In this document: positions 1 to 12,478 of the stretch, piece by piece | Layout: each line of letters begins with the position of its first letter | Position numbering within the stretch: position 1 is the stretch's first letter | Assembly: GCA_030704615.1 (NCBI GenBank) | Contig: CM060734.1 | Span: forward strand, 31,248,001 to 31,312,000 | Direction: 5' to 3' | DNA: 64,000 nt | From: Takakia lepidozioides | Lineage: Eukaryota > Plantae > Bryophyta | The notes under the pieces: generated by a model | The model's database searches: none | What the model saw: only the letters and a program-made list of their open reading frames with translations | What the model was told of the DNA's origin: nothing | Translations under genes and position numbers: made by a program

Positions 1-886
1 TGATTTTTGGCCCAAAATTACATTTGCAACGGAGCTTGTTATATTCCATTACGACGCCATACGAGAGTCCACCGATTTATAAAGGATTCAAGGGTGAATA
101 TGTATCGCGAGAAGAAGTAATTTACATCCAAATTGTTCCTACTAATGAAGGTAGCTGTATGCAGTTAGTAGCAAGCTGCTCAACTCACCGAATCTGACAA
201 GTAGGAAAATAGCCTGAAAAGCTAGGTTATGGAGTTTGGTACGGATTCCCAAAATTGGCAAGTGAACTAGTACAAGACAGGTAGATGGAATATCTCATCC
301 ATACTTACAGATGAAATCTGTAAACAGGATGTAGTTCATACTTCATAGAGTCTAGTTGGTGCATGCTTGATAGGTGAGACTATTCATAGAGACAAGTTTA
401 GGGTTTCATCCAGCATGAGACTTTCTATGAATGAATAAATAAATGACGCTAACCTCCCTTCTCAGCAACCCTACGTGATACTCATTGTGCTCATCGTAGG
501 TGACATTCTCGCATTATCGCCAACCGAAGTCAACACAAGTAAGGGCCCCCTTCTCCAAGGAGGTTGCGTAGCGCAGCTTGTGAGCGAACTCCTGCGAGCA
601 AACTAAAATATTCTATAAATTTCTAAAATATCCTGAGAATATAGTACATCAAAACGAAAATATGCTCCCTGACAAAATTGCAAAACTAATTCAAAATTTG
701 TGCTCACATGAAACTATCGCTTTGATTGTCATTTTTTGGAGTTTGTTTCGCCATCTAAACTCATTGTGCTCATGTGAGTACAAATTTTGAAGTAGTTTCG
801 TTTGCAAAATATCGCATTTTCGTGTTTTTTGTTGGGTTTGTTTCACCACTGAAACTCATTGTGCTGAGCACAAAATTCGCTAGGAA

Positions 887-1008
887 AATATTGTTGTTTA
901 TCATATTTTAATATTGTGTTTCATTATTAAATATTTGCGGTTTATAGAATATTGTTGTTTATCATATTTTAATATTGTGTTTCATTATTAAATATTTGCG
1001 GTTTATAG
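887..1008. repeat. Perfect 2 x 61-bp AT-rich tandem duplication
   Basis: AATATTGTTGTTTATCATATTTTAATATTGTGTTTCATTATTAAATATTTGCGGTTTATAG occurs at 887-947 and 948-1008. Confidence 0.95.
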
Positions 1009-2399
1009 GGTTTTAGCTGAAATATACTCATCGACCATGTAACTGACCCGTGATGGAAGAGTACCATATGTCCGCATATGCCTTGTATTTCTGTTTGCAA
1101 ACATATTGCCCCTATAACCGGGGCTTGTCTCAAGGGAAACCAACCCCCTCCTCAAGCAGGGGTGGGTTCTATGAATTTTCTATACAAAGGTGCAACCTGC
1201 ACAGAACTTGGGATTTTGTCACAGTTAATCACATTACAACCAATTTGTAATTTATACAACAAAGGCAAGGTTTACATGTACTCCATGCATTTGTTTGTAA
1301 CAAAATAGGTAACCATCCTCATATGTTATCAAATTAGGATCGTAGGTTGCTTGGCTACTTTATCATGACATAAAGCTATGTCTATGGAGCCCCCCTTTCC
1401 CTCGCGTCTATCATGTGTCCTCCCCCCCACCTTCTTCCCATCCGCCCCTCCACTTTGTTGTGCCATCTTTCCACTGGCGGACTTTTTATCAAATGAAACC
1501 TGGGCTACATATTTGTACTGGCAAACAACATAATTTCAAGGTGTGGATGGTAAGGTGTTGATGTGCAAATGGACCTCTTTGGTAGACATGAAAGGACTTA
1601 CAAGTTCTGGCAAACTAGTCACTTTGAGGTTTTCATGATTCTTTTCAAATGTAACTCCCGGAATGCCAACAGACTGAAAATCCACATTTCATGAAAAGAA
1701 AAGGAATGTTTGATGCCTGTTGACCACATGGGAAAAAATAGTTGCTTGTGATGTGTTCCTCAGAAATAGCATAAATCTGGTTAAAGAGGGACACCTACAA
1801 TGTTTTGATTCAAGACCTAGAAAAAGTCCAAAACCCAAGAACAGATTCAAAAGGAACCGTGGATTTTTGCATATGGCACAAAAATTGGAAGGTAACTGTG
1901 TAGTGGGGCCTTGCCAATCCATCAACCATGTTTTTGTCCCAACACCCAGAAGAAAGACAACCCGGAAGCGTCAAAAGACTCGTCAATTTTGTCATGTCAA
2001 CGATAGAAAGTAGGTCAGCGATGGTCCACAAGGACCACTTTTTTTTGGAGGGACACAAACGATCCTTTCAACATACTCCAAGAGCAATCATATTGGAGGA
2101 GGGACCCTCAAATCTTTTGTGAGGAAAAGATGCATGGTTTTCCCCAGGGGCCCTTGGACTTTGGTTTTCTTTGGACACTTTCGGGTCTTTGTTTGTGTGT
2201 GGGTGTGGGGGGGGGGGGCTACGTTGGCCGCCAATCTGCTCCCTTCGATTTCAACATTGAGATCCAAAAAACAAAGCACAAAAGAGGATGATGATAGTTC
2301 TGGTGTGGACGGACTGACAGTTTTGTCAGGCAAGTCTCAGTGTAGGCATGGCAATGGTTGTAGATGACTCAAGAGGTGAGGAGTACGCGTGTGTCACGT

Positions 2400-5300
2400 G
2401 GTGCGAGAGAATCCGAGGACGGAATCATCTGCTTCCTGTAGCTCATGCACGACGACAACAGTAAGTTACTTACCAACTCGCTTCGGCATCTACAATTCTT
2501 GTGATGCCTCCCAGCAGCAGCATTGCCTGTCCGTGACTCCAACTGGGCCCAGGCAGCAATTATCAGAGGAACATATGGAAGGCAAAAGCGAGAATACAGA
2601 GAACAATAAAAAGCCACGAATATGGCCCCCATACATGTACTTGCCCCTAGTGCTAAAGGGCGGCGGCTCTTTCTTCATGGACTGCGGAGACTGACCTTTG
2701 TTGAGTGCGAATTCCCAAGCTGATAAAGCATTGCCCAACACCTTCCTAGTTCTTTCTTGGTTCAGAAAGGCGCTAAGGAGTACGTTATGTGAACTCAATG
2801 GGAGCCCAACAAGATTGTAACTGAGGATCCATCTACTGTAGACCCGTAGCTTCCCATTTCAGTCATGGTGTCAGAGGGACTGACACAATGTTTTGGGTTT
2901 TTGGTTTTCTCAGAGCTAGGCGGGCATTTGTGGACTCATCTACGAGCGCACAGAGATGTGTCCGGGATATGTAGGACAGACTGTCTGCGTGGCAGGAAGT
3001 CGCAATCCCAACAGCTTTGCCCTTAAAGCCTGCCACTCCCCTTGCATAGGTCACGGCATCTCTCACCAGGATCTTTCCTTCTTGTTTTCGTAATCAGGCG
3101 TTGCATCAATGGCAAAGCCCCATTGATCAGCCAGAAAAAGAGCTCAGACCTCACGATGACCCCACCACAGACTTGCATGTAGCCTGCCTGCAACAGGTGG
3201 GAGATGGTGAGCAAGAGTGAATCTTACACTGTGATATGGTCAGCCCACTTGGCAAGGTAGGAGGCCACAGTACGAGCCACCTAGCTCAGCGTGGATCCAG
3301 TGAAGTTAAAGCGCGTGTACATCAGCCCATCTGCAGTGCCAGATGGTTCGCCCTCTACTTCCATGTCCTTTTCCTGTTTTGGAGGGAGACAGGAAAGAGA
3401 CCGGACATCTCTTTTCTGCTTCGATTCATGGACTCGATTGCACATACAACATAACTACAGTACTTGCCAACCCCAGAGAGGTGTGCCAGCTGCCCATCAA
3501 AGAGTTAGCACACTATAAGTAAATAACAACTGCAACTTGAACTCATACAGTAACGCCTGCATCCTGAAAGACTTGCGGCCAATGAGTTTCATAACGTGGA
3601 GGATGGAGACACAGAAATCAACATTCTCGTGTAATAATCCTCTTGGGATTATTCAAGCTCTGCAATCTGCTGTTGGATGTCCTTTCTGGAAGAAGGCAAT
3701 GCGGAGACCATTGCTCTCAACAACTCTCAATCATACAAAGTAGGTGAATAGTTATATGAAAACGCTTGACAGAACCACGTGAATTTATCAAAGTGGATAT
3801 TTACAGCCATGGGCAAGGTGCAGGCAGGCGATACTCCTGAGTCCTCCTCTGACTGTACCTACACAGTCCTTTTCGACAGAGAGGCCCACTTATTAGAGGC
3901 TTCATACTTATTCTCAGAAAGTAGGCGTGGGATGCCCATGCAGCTGTCAATTGATCCATTGGCGAATCAGCTAATCAAAGTCCCACCAACTATTTCTACC
4001 CCGGGAATCAACTATCCATGGAAGGGAGTGCAGACATGGTGGCTGGCAGCTTCCGTGGAGTTGTTGCACATATAATATACTCTCACAAACATTTCCTCAG
4101 TTTGAGATTCAGGGTGGGTTCCTTGGAAAAAGATCAAAGCACCCATTTTTCAATAGCGATGGCGAAGGCCGGCCCATTCTGTGTTGGAGACGCTTGTGGG
4201 CAATTATGTGGAGACTTGCCGGGGCCCACAAAGGATAACTTGGCTGTGTGACGCACTTATCATGCAGGTGCGGGCTTGAAAGGTACACCTGCGGCTTCCT
4301 CTTCACTCTGATAACTAACTGCGACCACAAAGATAGGGGGCCCACAGCAATGTGTGGAATTGGATCAGTGATTGGGTTCACAACCCTAAGAAGGAATGCT
4401 TGCACATTGGTACACAGACTAGTGGACAAAAAGATGACGTGTTCAGTGACGAGTACTTACTTGAATTTCAGTTACTCCTTCCTGTTGCCACAGTCCACCC
4501 TCTCTCCTTGGTAATACTTAGCTACCCAATCAGAAAGATGAAGAAAAAGAAGTCAGAAACGCTTAACTCACAAAGTTTTGTAGTTGGGATTCACCATCCA
4601 CAAGGCTCCAGAGTCCCAGATCCATTAGAGTTGTAAGTTGCAGCAACAGTTGGAGAAAGAAAATTTGATTGATGTCTGTTGGGAACGGTTATCGCAAAAT
4701 ATCTTCTCTTTGGATGTAATCAATTTCATGACATCATAAAGTATTTGCCTAATTAGACAAGAAATCTACAGGTGGTTGCAATCTTTCAAGATTTGGGGAA
4801 CCACTGCGCGCAGGGAGGAGTCCTTCTCACCCAACCCTAAACTTTAAGCTGATTTCTATATACAGGTGTCAAGAGTGAGTTAAAGAGGGGGCCGCTTCGA
4901 TAACAAGTAACATACCTGTGTATTTGGAAAAGGGGGTAGCTTTTCTACCGAGAAAGGAAGTGAACAGTTAACGACATGCCATTTCTTGGATTGCCCGATG
5001 CATCGCGTGGCTCTTACACCAGCATCATTGGCCTCTGGGACCCACATTCATTTCTGGGTTTCTTGAACAGCTTTATCGACACAACAGATTCTCTCCCGAG
5101 GTGGGGGCATGCTGACTTTAAAAGCCAACTCGCTTTCCAAATTTGGACAGCAGGTGAGATGGATTTTTAAACGGGAGGTAGCAAAGCTTCCAGATTTGTC
5201 TGGTAAACTGCCAACTCCCACAGTGACGTTGGTGTCACCTCCATCACAGCACACCATCACCGTGATCCACAAATATACCATCCATCTAAAATGCTCAGAA

Positions 5301-5400
5301 GGCATTCACATCTGCTCAGTAGTTTCTTGAGCTGTGGAACCCAGGAGGAAACACATGCAGAGCACAAACCACCACCATGTGGCTCAAATTCCCCATCTTC
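2400..5400 (-). mobile_element. Highly degenerate non-LTR retrotransposon remnant (boundaries approximate)
   Basis: Minus-strand fragments LRSIACL (~3830, like RPIxLLN) and TISHLL (~3200, like SHLLFADD) are about 630 bp apart, the spacing expected in a LINE RT. No long ORF remains. Confidence 0.3.
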
Positions 5401-6208
5401 CAGCACCCGCATCAGTGAAGCTCAAGGAAGAGAGCGTAAGCTGTCCACTATTCCATAATATGCATGTTCAGTAGTGCAAAATGGTCAAGAGATGCTAACA
5501 AGTACGGTGTGTCCAAATCCGTGAATACTTCATTGAACTAGCAATACAGAAAATTGGAACAAATTTCGTCTCTCAATGCTAACCCCAACCTTAGCTACCT
5601 GCCAACCCAGAATATCAAGGCACATGTGAACAAAGCAGATTTGTGTATGCAGGAATTTATTTCGTGATCGGCGCTTGACCACCGTATCTATGTACATCCA
5701 TTACAAATGGAGTGGTAATTTGTTACATGAGCTCATGTGCGAAGAACGCTGGTCTGGGTACAAATATGGAATCAGGTTACGGGATGAGGCGAAATGGAAG
5801 ATATCACCTGTTTTTAAACTTACAGCCCGAGTGGTGGTTTAACTAATGCCTCAACTATACACAGGGTTAAACTTGCTACTATCTCAACCTCTTCCTACAA
5901 CATTTCGCTGTTTGCATTTGCAGACTGGCTGGACAAGAAAATTGAACTTGGGGAAGACATCCTGAAGTGAAAAAGAGTAAGGACCAGCCAGGAAACGAAT
6001 TGACATGAATAGGTCAGCTCGCTCAGCAGGCCATGGAACTCCAGAGAAGAAGGGTGGGGAAGGATGGGAGGCCCCGCGTAGGGCCTCAACAAATGGTTCC
6101 TAACTTGAGCTAAGCTACTCTATTCACGGTGCCAGGCTCCCAATTTATTCACTAAGGAAACGACATCTTCTGCATTAAAATAGTCTAAAGAATGAGGAGT
6201 ACTAGTAC

Positions 6209-9200
6209 CTACACACTAAAGTGGCTGACAGCATGCTCCAGCGTTTGCTGGGTTGGGCCCAGTAACTCTTTCACCTTGAAGCCGTTCTTATAGATCTTGA
6301 ATGTAGGCACAAAATTGACGCTCTCGGCCTTCGCCAGGTAAGGGTTTTCTTCCACATCAACCTGCACACCGAAGACAAACAAAACCATTCATTGGTCTGC
6401 TTTGTTTTGAGACTCTAGTCACTCAAGTAGAGTTCTCTCTGTAGACAGCAATTCTTCCATCTCTGTTAATCTTTCTCCGAGTACATATTGAAATTCTGTC
6501 ACAAGTGTGCAGGGTAAGAATGAAAGGGAGGTACTTACCTTGAGGAAGTTCACCAGAGGGTTTAGTTTGCACAGCTGTTCAACAACGGAAGCCATTTGTC
6601 TGCAGCGCTCACTCCATTTTGTGTTGAATTGCACCACAGATAGTCCTGATATGGAAGGATGCCAGGGTCACAATCTGATTAGATGCAACCAACCCCACGT
6701 TTGTTCCTTTGGCCGAGATATACCACATTATCACTGCAGTTGCATACTTGAATACCACTACAAACAAGTCAAAACTTGCATGAAGAACAGTGATTGAGAT
6801 TGCCCCATACAATTGTGCCTCTCCTGTCATTTGCTATAAATGATGAGTCCTGCACAAGAGGAAGCCAATCAAAGATAAATGCATACCTGGATGCGAAATG
6901 GCCTCTCTTAATTGGTCATTGCTGCAGACTTCTTCAACTTGGCCTGCTGTCCGGATCTGAAAGGGTTCTTCCCCTCTAGCTTTTTTCAACTCCACTTGCA
7001 CCTCAAAGAGTGTCCGTGCAATTTCGACATCCGAAGGCAATTCCCTTCTCAATACCTCATAATCTCTCAAAGCATCCTCCCATCGCTCCATCTGAACCAA
7101 ACAGAGTTGCATGAATTACTCAAACAGTGAACTTGAAAGATAAATCATATTAATCAAAAAGGTAGGCTAATCTGAGCTTAAGGGACAATGCAGTTACCAA
7201 ACGACACTTAGACAGTAGTGAGGCTGTTAAGAAACCTTGAAATTTGATCGAGCACGCCGCAGAAGAGCCTTGGTGTAGTGCGGCTGAGCATCCAGGGCTG
7301 CATTGCAATCCTCAACAGCTTTTTCAAACTGACCAAGTTTTGACCTGCTCACACAATCACAATTTGTATCAATGCATGAAGAACCAACAGATTCAAACTA
7401 CACTTGGTTGTCCTACTTCAGTGCTTCCACAAGCAGGTGTTTGACTATTTGATAGAAGCCACCTGAAAGAAGCCACCTGAAAGGAATTGAATACAAAAGC
7501 CACATAACATTGAGGGAATTGAAATGCCCCAGGCTGACTACTTCCCCTTAATTGAGTGTCATGGAAAAGAGACAACAGATTGCATTGGCATAGAGCATTC
7601 CTCCAGCATTTGAACAACGAAGTCCAACTAACCTGCAGGCTGCCCGATTGCAAAGCAGAATAGCATTGGTTGGATCATATTGTAGGCCTTCACTGTAAGC
7701 CATGGATGCCTCCAAGGTTCTGCCTGCCTTGTATAAATCGTTGCCAGTAGTTCGGGCAGAGGCAACAGCTCGTGCCCTCTTCAACAGGAGGAAAGCCTCA
7801 GAGTTATGTGGATCAAAATGGGCTGCCCTCTCTGCTGCGATCACTGCCCCTTCAAACCTGTTACATGTAAAGAGAGAGGATGAGAAATCCCTTCAACACT
7901 AAACATCCTTCAATCACCTCCTCATAGCCTCAATTTCTCCAGTCAATCTCAGAATCAATCTGAAGTCGCTGTTGCTTACAAAAGAATTACACTTGCGCAT
8001 GACTATAGTAAGCTAAATTCAAGTGCAGGTGTCAATTAAAATCACACTTGGGATAAGGAAAAACGAACTCTACAAGCTGTCTTTACGGGAATTCTGCAAT
8101 AATATATTACTGTTGATTATATTATATGTGCAAAAGTGCTGCAAAATCACCGAGACCTGCCAAGTGCAATATCAATTTGTGCTTGGACAATGAGGGTAGT
8201 GGTGTCCGCAGGTGTGCTTGTTGATCTCCTCAAAGCACCTTCCACTTTTTGAGCTGCTGATAGAACTGTGTCTGCTTCCTCTGGCCTGCGAAGCCTCAGC
8301 AATGCTTCTGCTTTCAGAGCAAAAACCTGCAAGCAAATTCACATGAGTTCCCTGTCCACCTTTCAAAAGTACAAGCTTGCGGGGGAATGAAGAACCAACT
8401 GACAAGAGAATAAACTCCAGGTTTCACCTCCAATCCTGTAAATCCTGGAGGATTACATCCTTTCCAACACTATTGTAGCCCTGAAGTAAGACGGTCAAGA
8501 CAGCTTTGATGCAGCATTCCCATTTGATTTGAGTCTGAGAAGCCTACCTCACGGGCCTGAAAGGAAGGCTAATAGACGAAATATTCAATTGCATTCTGAG
8601 AGATCATGTTTAACAGTAGGGAGCAAAACAGCCAAATCAGGTCACTTAAAGCAATATAAATTAACGAAATCTATGGTCCCAGTGACTCAGACTTGCACAC
8701 TGGACATCAAATCCCTCCAAGATGTTTCAGGCGATTCAATATTTCCAAGATATTCACATCCAAATGACAGCTATCAAAGCTGGTGCCATGGCCTTATTTC
8801 ATCTCCTGGTTGGAGAAGGAGAGGCACCACACCACACACACACAAGACCAAGTGGGCATCGTCATTAGACCTGTGGCGCCGAGTCAGCCCCAGCCACAAC
8901 AGCAGCATCACTTTCTCTGACAACAGTGCTCCAGTCAGACAACCTCCTGGCTTCCAAACATTTCGTTACATGTTTCTCAATTTTTTCCATCCGCAGCATG
9001 TCCCCAAGATCCGCCTGTTGTCCAGAAGACTTAAAATGCTTTTTGGCTTTTTCTACTCGCCCTAGTCTGCATCAGGCCAGAAAACGGGGATCAATCTTAC
9101 CAAACCAACAGAAATTACCTGCTAAACACCTGTCAACTGACATTTAACTAGGAGATCCTCACAATGAAGTATGGGCGTACTCATAGATGAAAGAGACCCA

Positions 9201-11156
9201 CACACCTCATGTACAGTGATGCAAGTCGTTGATGAGCGCGAACATAGGAAGGATCAAGCTTAATTGCGTCCTCACATTCCCGGACGGCTTCAGCCAGGCG
9301 CCCAAGCCCTGTCAATGCGGCTGCTCTGTTACTTCGGTATGGAGCCCGTCCTGGGGCCAATGAAATTGCTCGGTCATAAAGGGAGAGAGCCTCAGCGAAA
9401 TTGCCTTTCTTATACTGATCATTTCCCGCATTTTTCACCTCCTCAGGATCTGTACTAGAGAGCTGCCGCTTGATCAGGAGACTCTCGCCCGCAGCAAAAA
9501 TATTGCCTCGCCCGTAAGTAGAGTCTGCTGCCTTCGCACCCTCTGGTTTGCACCTCCCCTTTAAGGGCCCCGTAACAAGAGAACCTCCGTTCAAGACATT
9601 ACCACTGATGCCAGCGCCACCAAGGCTTCTGGTGGGTGCAACAGTGCCTCCGTTGATTTGCCTCCCTCCGTGACAGATTGGCGTTCTAGGGGTCGCCACT
9701 GCACACGCAACACACACCAAATCTTGTTACCCAGTAGCTCCAATACACTTCCAGCAGCATTCGAGGAAGCCCTTTCACAGCTCCAAATTAACTGTCTTTA
9801 AACCGACAATCTACTCAAACACTATACTCTGAGAACAAATCTTTCACTATCTCTGTCAAAATCCTTTGGACTGGTTACTGGGGTGTAAGAGGCCACCTTG
9901 TCTACACGTTAGGACATACACGTAAGTGACAATGCAACATCAATGTAGGACGGATAACTGAGCAATGATGCCTGTGCGCACATGTCTGTCACCCGCACCA
10001 GCCAACCTGCGAAGCACATCTCAATAACTCTTCCAACCTGTAAAGGAAATTTCGAACAAGCTCAACGCAACAGCAAACCACCTGAAGGGACACTTCCTCC
10101 CGTGTGAAGTCCTGTCCCCTGTGACGCAGGTCCAAGCACGTTCCCGACATTGCCGCCTGAGCTTCTAAAGGTTGCACCTGTTGTTGGGCTCCATGCAGAC
10201 GAACTACCCCCTGTGAGGCTACCACCACTGCTAAACAGACTCTCAGCACTGCTGGTTCGAGCGACAGTTGGACTCCCTGCAACAGAGCTTCCTCGAGAGC
10301 TTCCTCCAGAAGAGCTGGGTGCATTTGCATTGTCCTTAGTCGTACTCTCCCCCACTTTCAGACTTAGCACGGTCGGGCTGGCACCTCCGGAGCTTCCATC
10401 TTTGGAACTGCTTCCGCCAGAAGAATATCGACCACTGTCACTCCCACCCGAGTACCGGCCACTCTCACTCCCTGTGCCGAGAATCTCGCCACTTCGATTC
10501 CCCCCTGACTTGTTCTCCCCATTGAATAAAGCTCCAATCCGTCCATCACCGACGTCGGAGACCCCTCTTCTGTGGCCTGCGTAGTTCTCTTTTCTGAAGC
10601 TTCCTTCCGTGGAACTACTAACAAGCGCAGGAAGGCCTCCGCCGGGTGAACTCCCACCCCTCGCATTAGGACTACTCGCAATGCCGCCTTTGACCGTAAA
10701 TCCTCCAGATGGAGGAACGCCAGATGAGGCACTTCTTGCATGTTTGATCTTAGCGCCATCGGCAGAAGCAGATGCATCTGCTTTGAGATCCCCGGTCGAA
10801 GGACTATCTGTCCCTCCTGGACGATCACTCTGGTCGCCAACCGCAAAACCACCTACCTTCAATCCCACTCCCTTGGTGCTCCCGTTGAGACCGTTCATAA
10901 GATCTGCTCTGCTTGGGGTGTCCAGACCGCCGCTGTGGAAACTTGCACCATAGAGGGATCCCAAATTGAAACTGTCTTCTTTGGAGAAGCTGCCAATGCG
11001 TGTATCGCTGAGGGTGGCTGCATTGTACCTGGACCATCCTTGAAATCGGTCTATCTTGCCATTTGCAGTAGCCCCATACACCTTCCCACTAAACATTCCA
11101 CCGTACGTATCAAATCCGCTTGGGCTCAGCTTTTTCTCTGACTGACATTGTGCCAT
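6209..11156 (-). CDS. TTL: TPR-repeat thioredoxin-like protein (TTL family), 9 coding exons
   Basis: Exon 1 11156-10082 encodes a Gly/Ser-rich disordered N-terminus. Later exons encode the TPR motifs DPEEVKNAGNDQYKKGNFAEALSLYDRAI, AGADSAPQVFALKAEALL, ARTTGNDLYKAG and LLCNRAACRSKLGQFEKAVEDC. The C-terminal thioredoxin-like domain (VNFLKVDVEENPYLAKAESVNFVPTFKIYKNG) lacks WCGPC, as in TTLs. GT-AG junctions; stop TAG at 6209-6211. Confidence 0.93.
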
Positions 11157-12445
11157 TTCGCATCTGACTTCAAAGAACGAAAGGAATCTGCAAATGTCAC
11201 AAAGAGGTCCAGAAAAAACCTTCAATATAAGTCTGGTATTACAAATGCTGGCCTGGCGAGCATGAACAAAAGGTAGACTTCCAAAATCTATCACACAGAC
11301 AAGATGGTTGCAGAGTGGCAACGGGCAGACTGCACATGAGGAGGCTGAACTAACAGATAGATATATTTTGTGAACTCAGAGCGCTGATCCAAGCCGAGCC
11401 TTTACTTTCTCCCTGCAGGAGAGTGAAAGAGGACGCATTGATGAAACTTGCAAAAAGTACCGACTCACGTAATGTTAAACTGCACACCAATGTGTCCTCA
11501 GCAATTGGCCTTGTCTGCCAGCACAAAGACTAGGAAATTGAGGAGAAGAGCGAGTTCCCTGTATATGGCATCAAGGGCCCACAGTGACCAAGGAAACTAC
11601 AGATTCGAATGAAATTTTCAGCAGAGCATGGTAGTTTCGATATCGAAAGAGAGGAGGGGAGAGGGGGGGGCGGGTGTATGTTCTCTCCACACATGTGCAA
11701 GTGAGCAGCCACGCAGCACCAGGAGAGGCTAACAAAACCAACAGTTCTCACACCTCTGCGAAAGAACAGAGCGATCAATAACTGATTGCCAAAACACAGC
11801 GCTCGGGCAGCGACCAGACAGTTTTACAATCATACCAAGAAGTCTGCTGATCCAGTCGCATGGGACGCTTTCCCTTCGCCTGTGCACGTTCACCTACAAG
11901 CCTACATGCACCGAAGAGGAAGACAAAAAGAGCAATCACAAAGAAGTGCTACACTACCAGCTGCACAGAACACCGAGATGGATGGATCCACCCGATGATA
12001 TGCGCAATGCACAGCACGCAAATGCTCAATTGGATCGGGAACAGTCCGTTCCAAACTACCAGGCTAATAAAGCAGGGCAGGCAGGTGCTGGAGCACCTTG
12101 CACTCTCCCCGATCCTCACAGAGATGCGAGGAGAAAGAGAGGAGGGGGAGAAGAGAGAAATGCCGTCAAACACTGCCTGCTCTCTAGGGCATGAGGCAGC
12201 GCTGAATGCTTGAATGCAGCGACATGTGTGGCCCACCAGCGCTGCAGGGCGGACGCAGGCAGGCAGTAATGGAGGCAGGCAGGCAAGGCCTCTGCCTTCC
12301 TTCCTTCCTTCCTTCCTCGCCAGCGCGGCCCTCGCTCTGCCTCGTCTCCCTCGCTCGCCAGCCCACGATCCATAGCCACTCCCTCCTGCCTGTATTTTGT
12401 ATTCTAATGGGCTGGCGAAACCGGGGCGAATAAGGCGCAAACGAT

Positions 12446-12478
12446 ATGGGATAATTGGGATAATTGGGATAATTGGGA
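12446..12478. repeat. Short 9-bp tandem repeat (TGGGATAAT)x3+ upstream of TTL
   Basis: tgggataattgggataattgggataattggg. Confidence 0.8.

Noticed and set aside
10150-11141. Several 110-160 aa ORFs overlapping TTL exon 1
   Set aside because: Antisense or alternate-frame shadows of a low-complexity Gly/Ser-rich exon.
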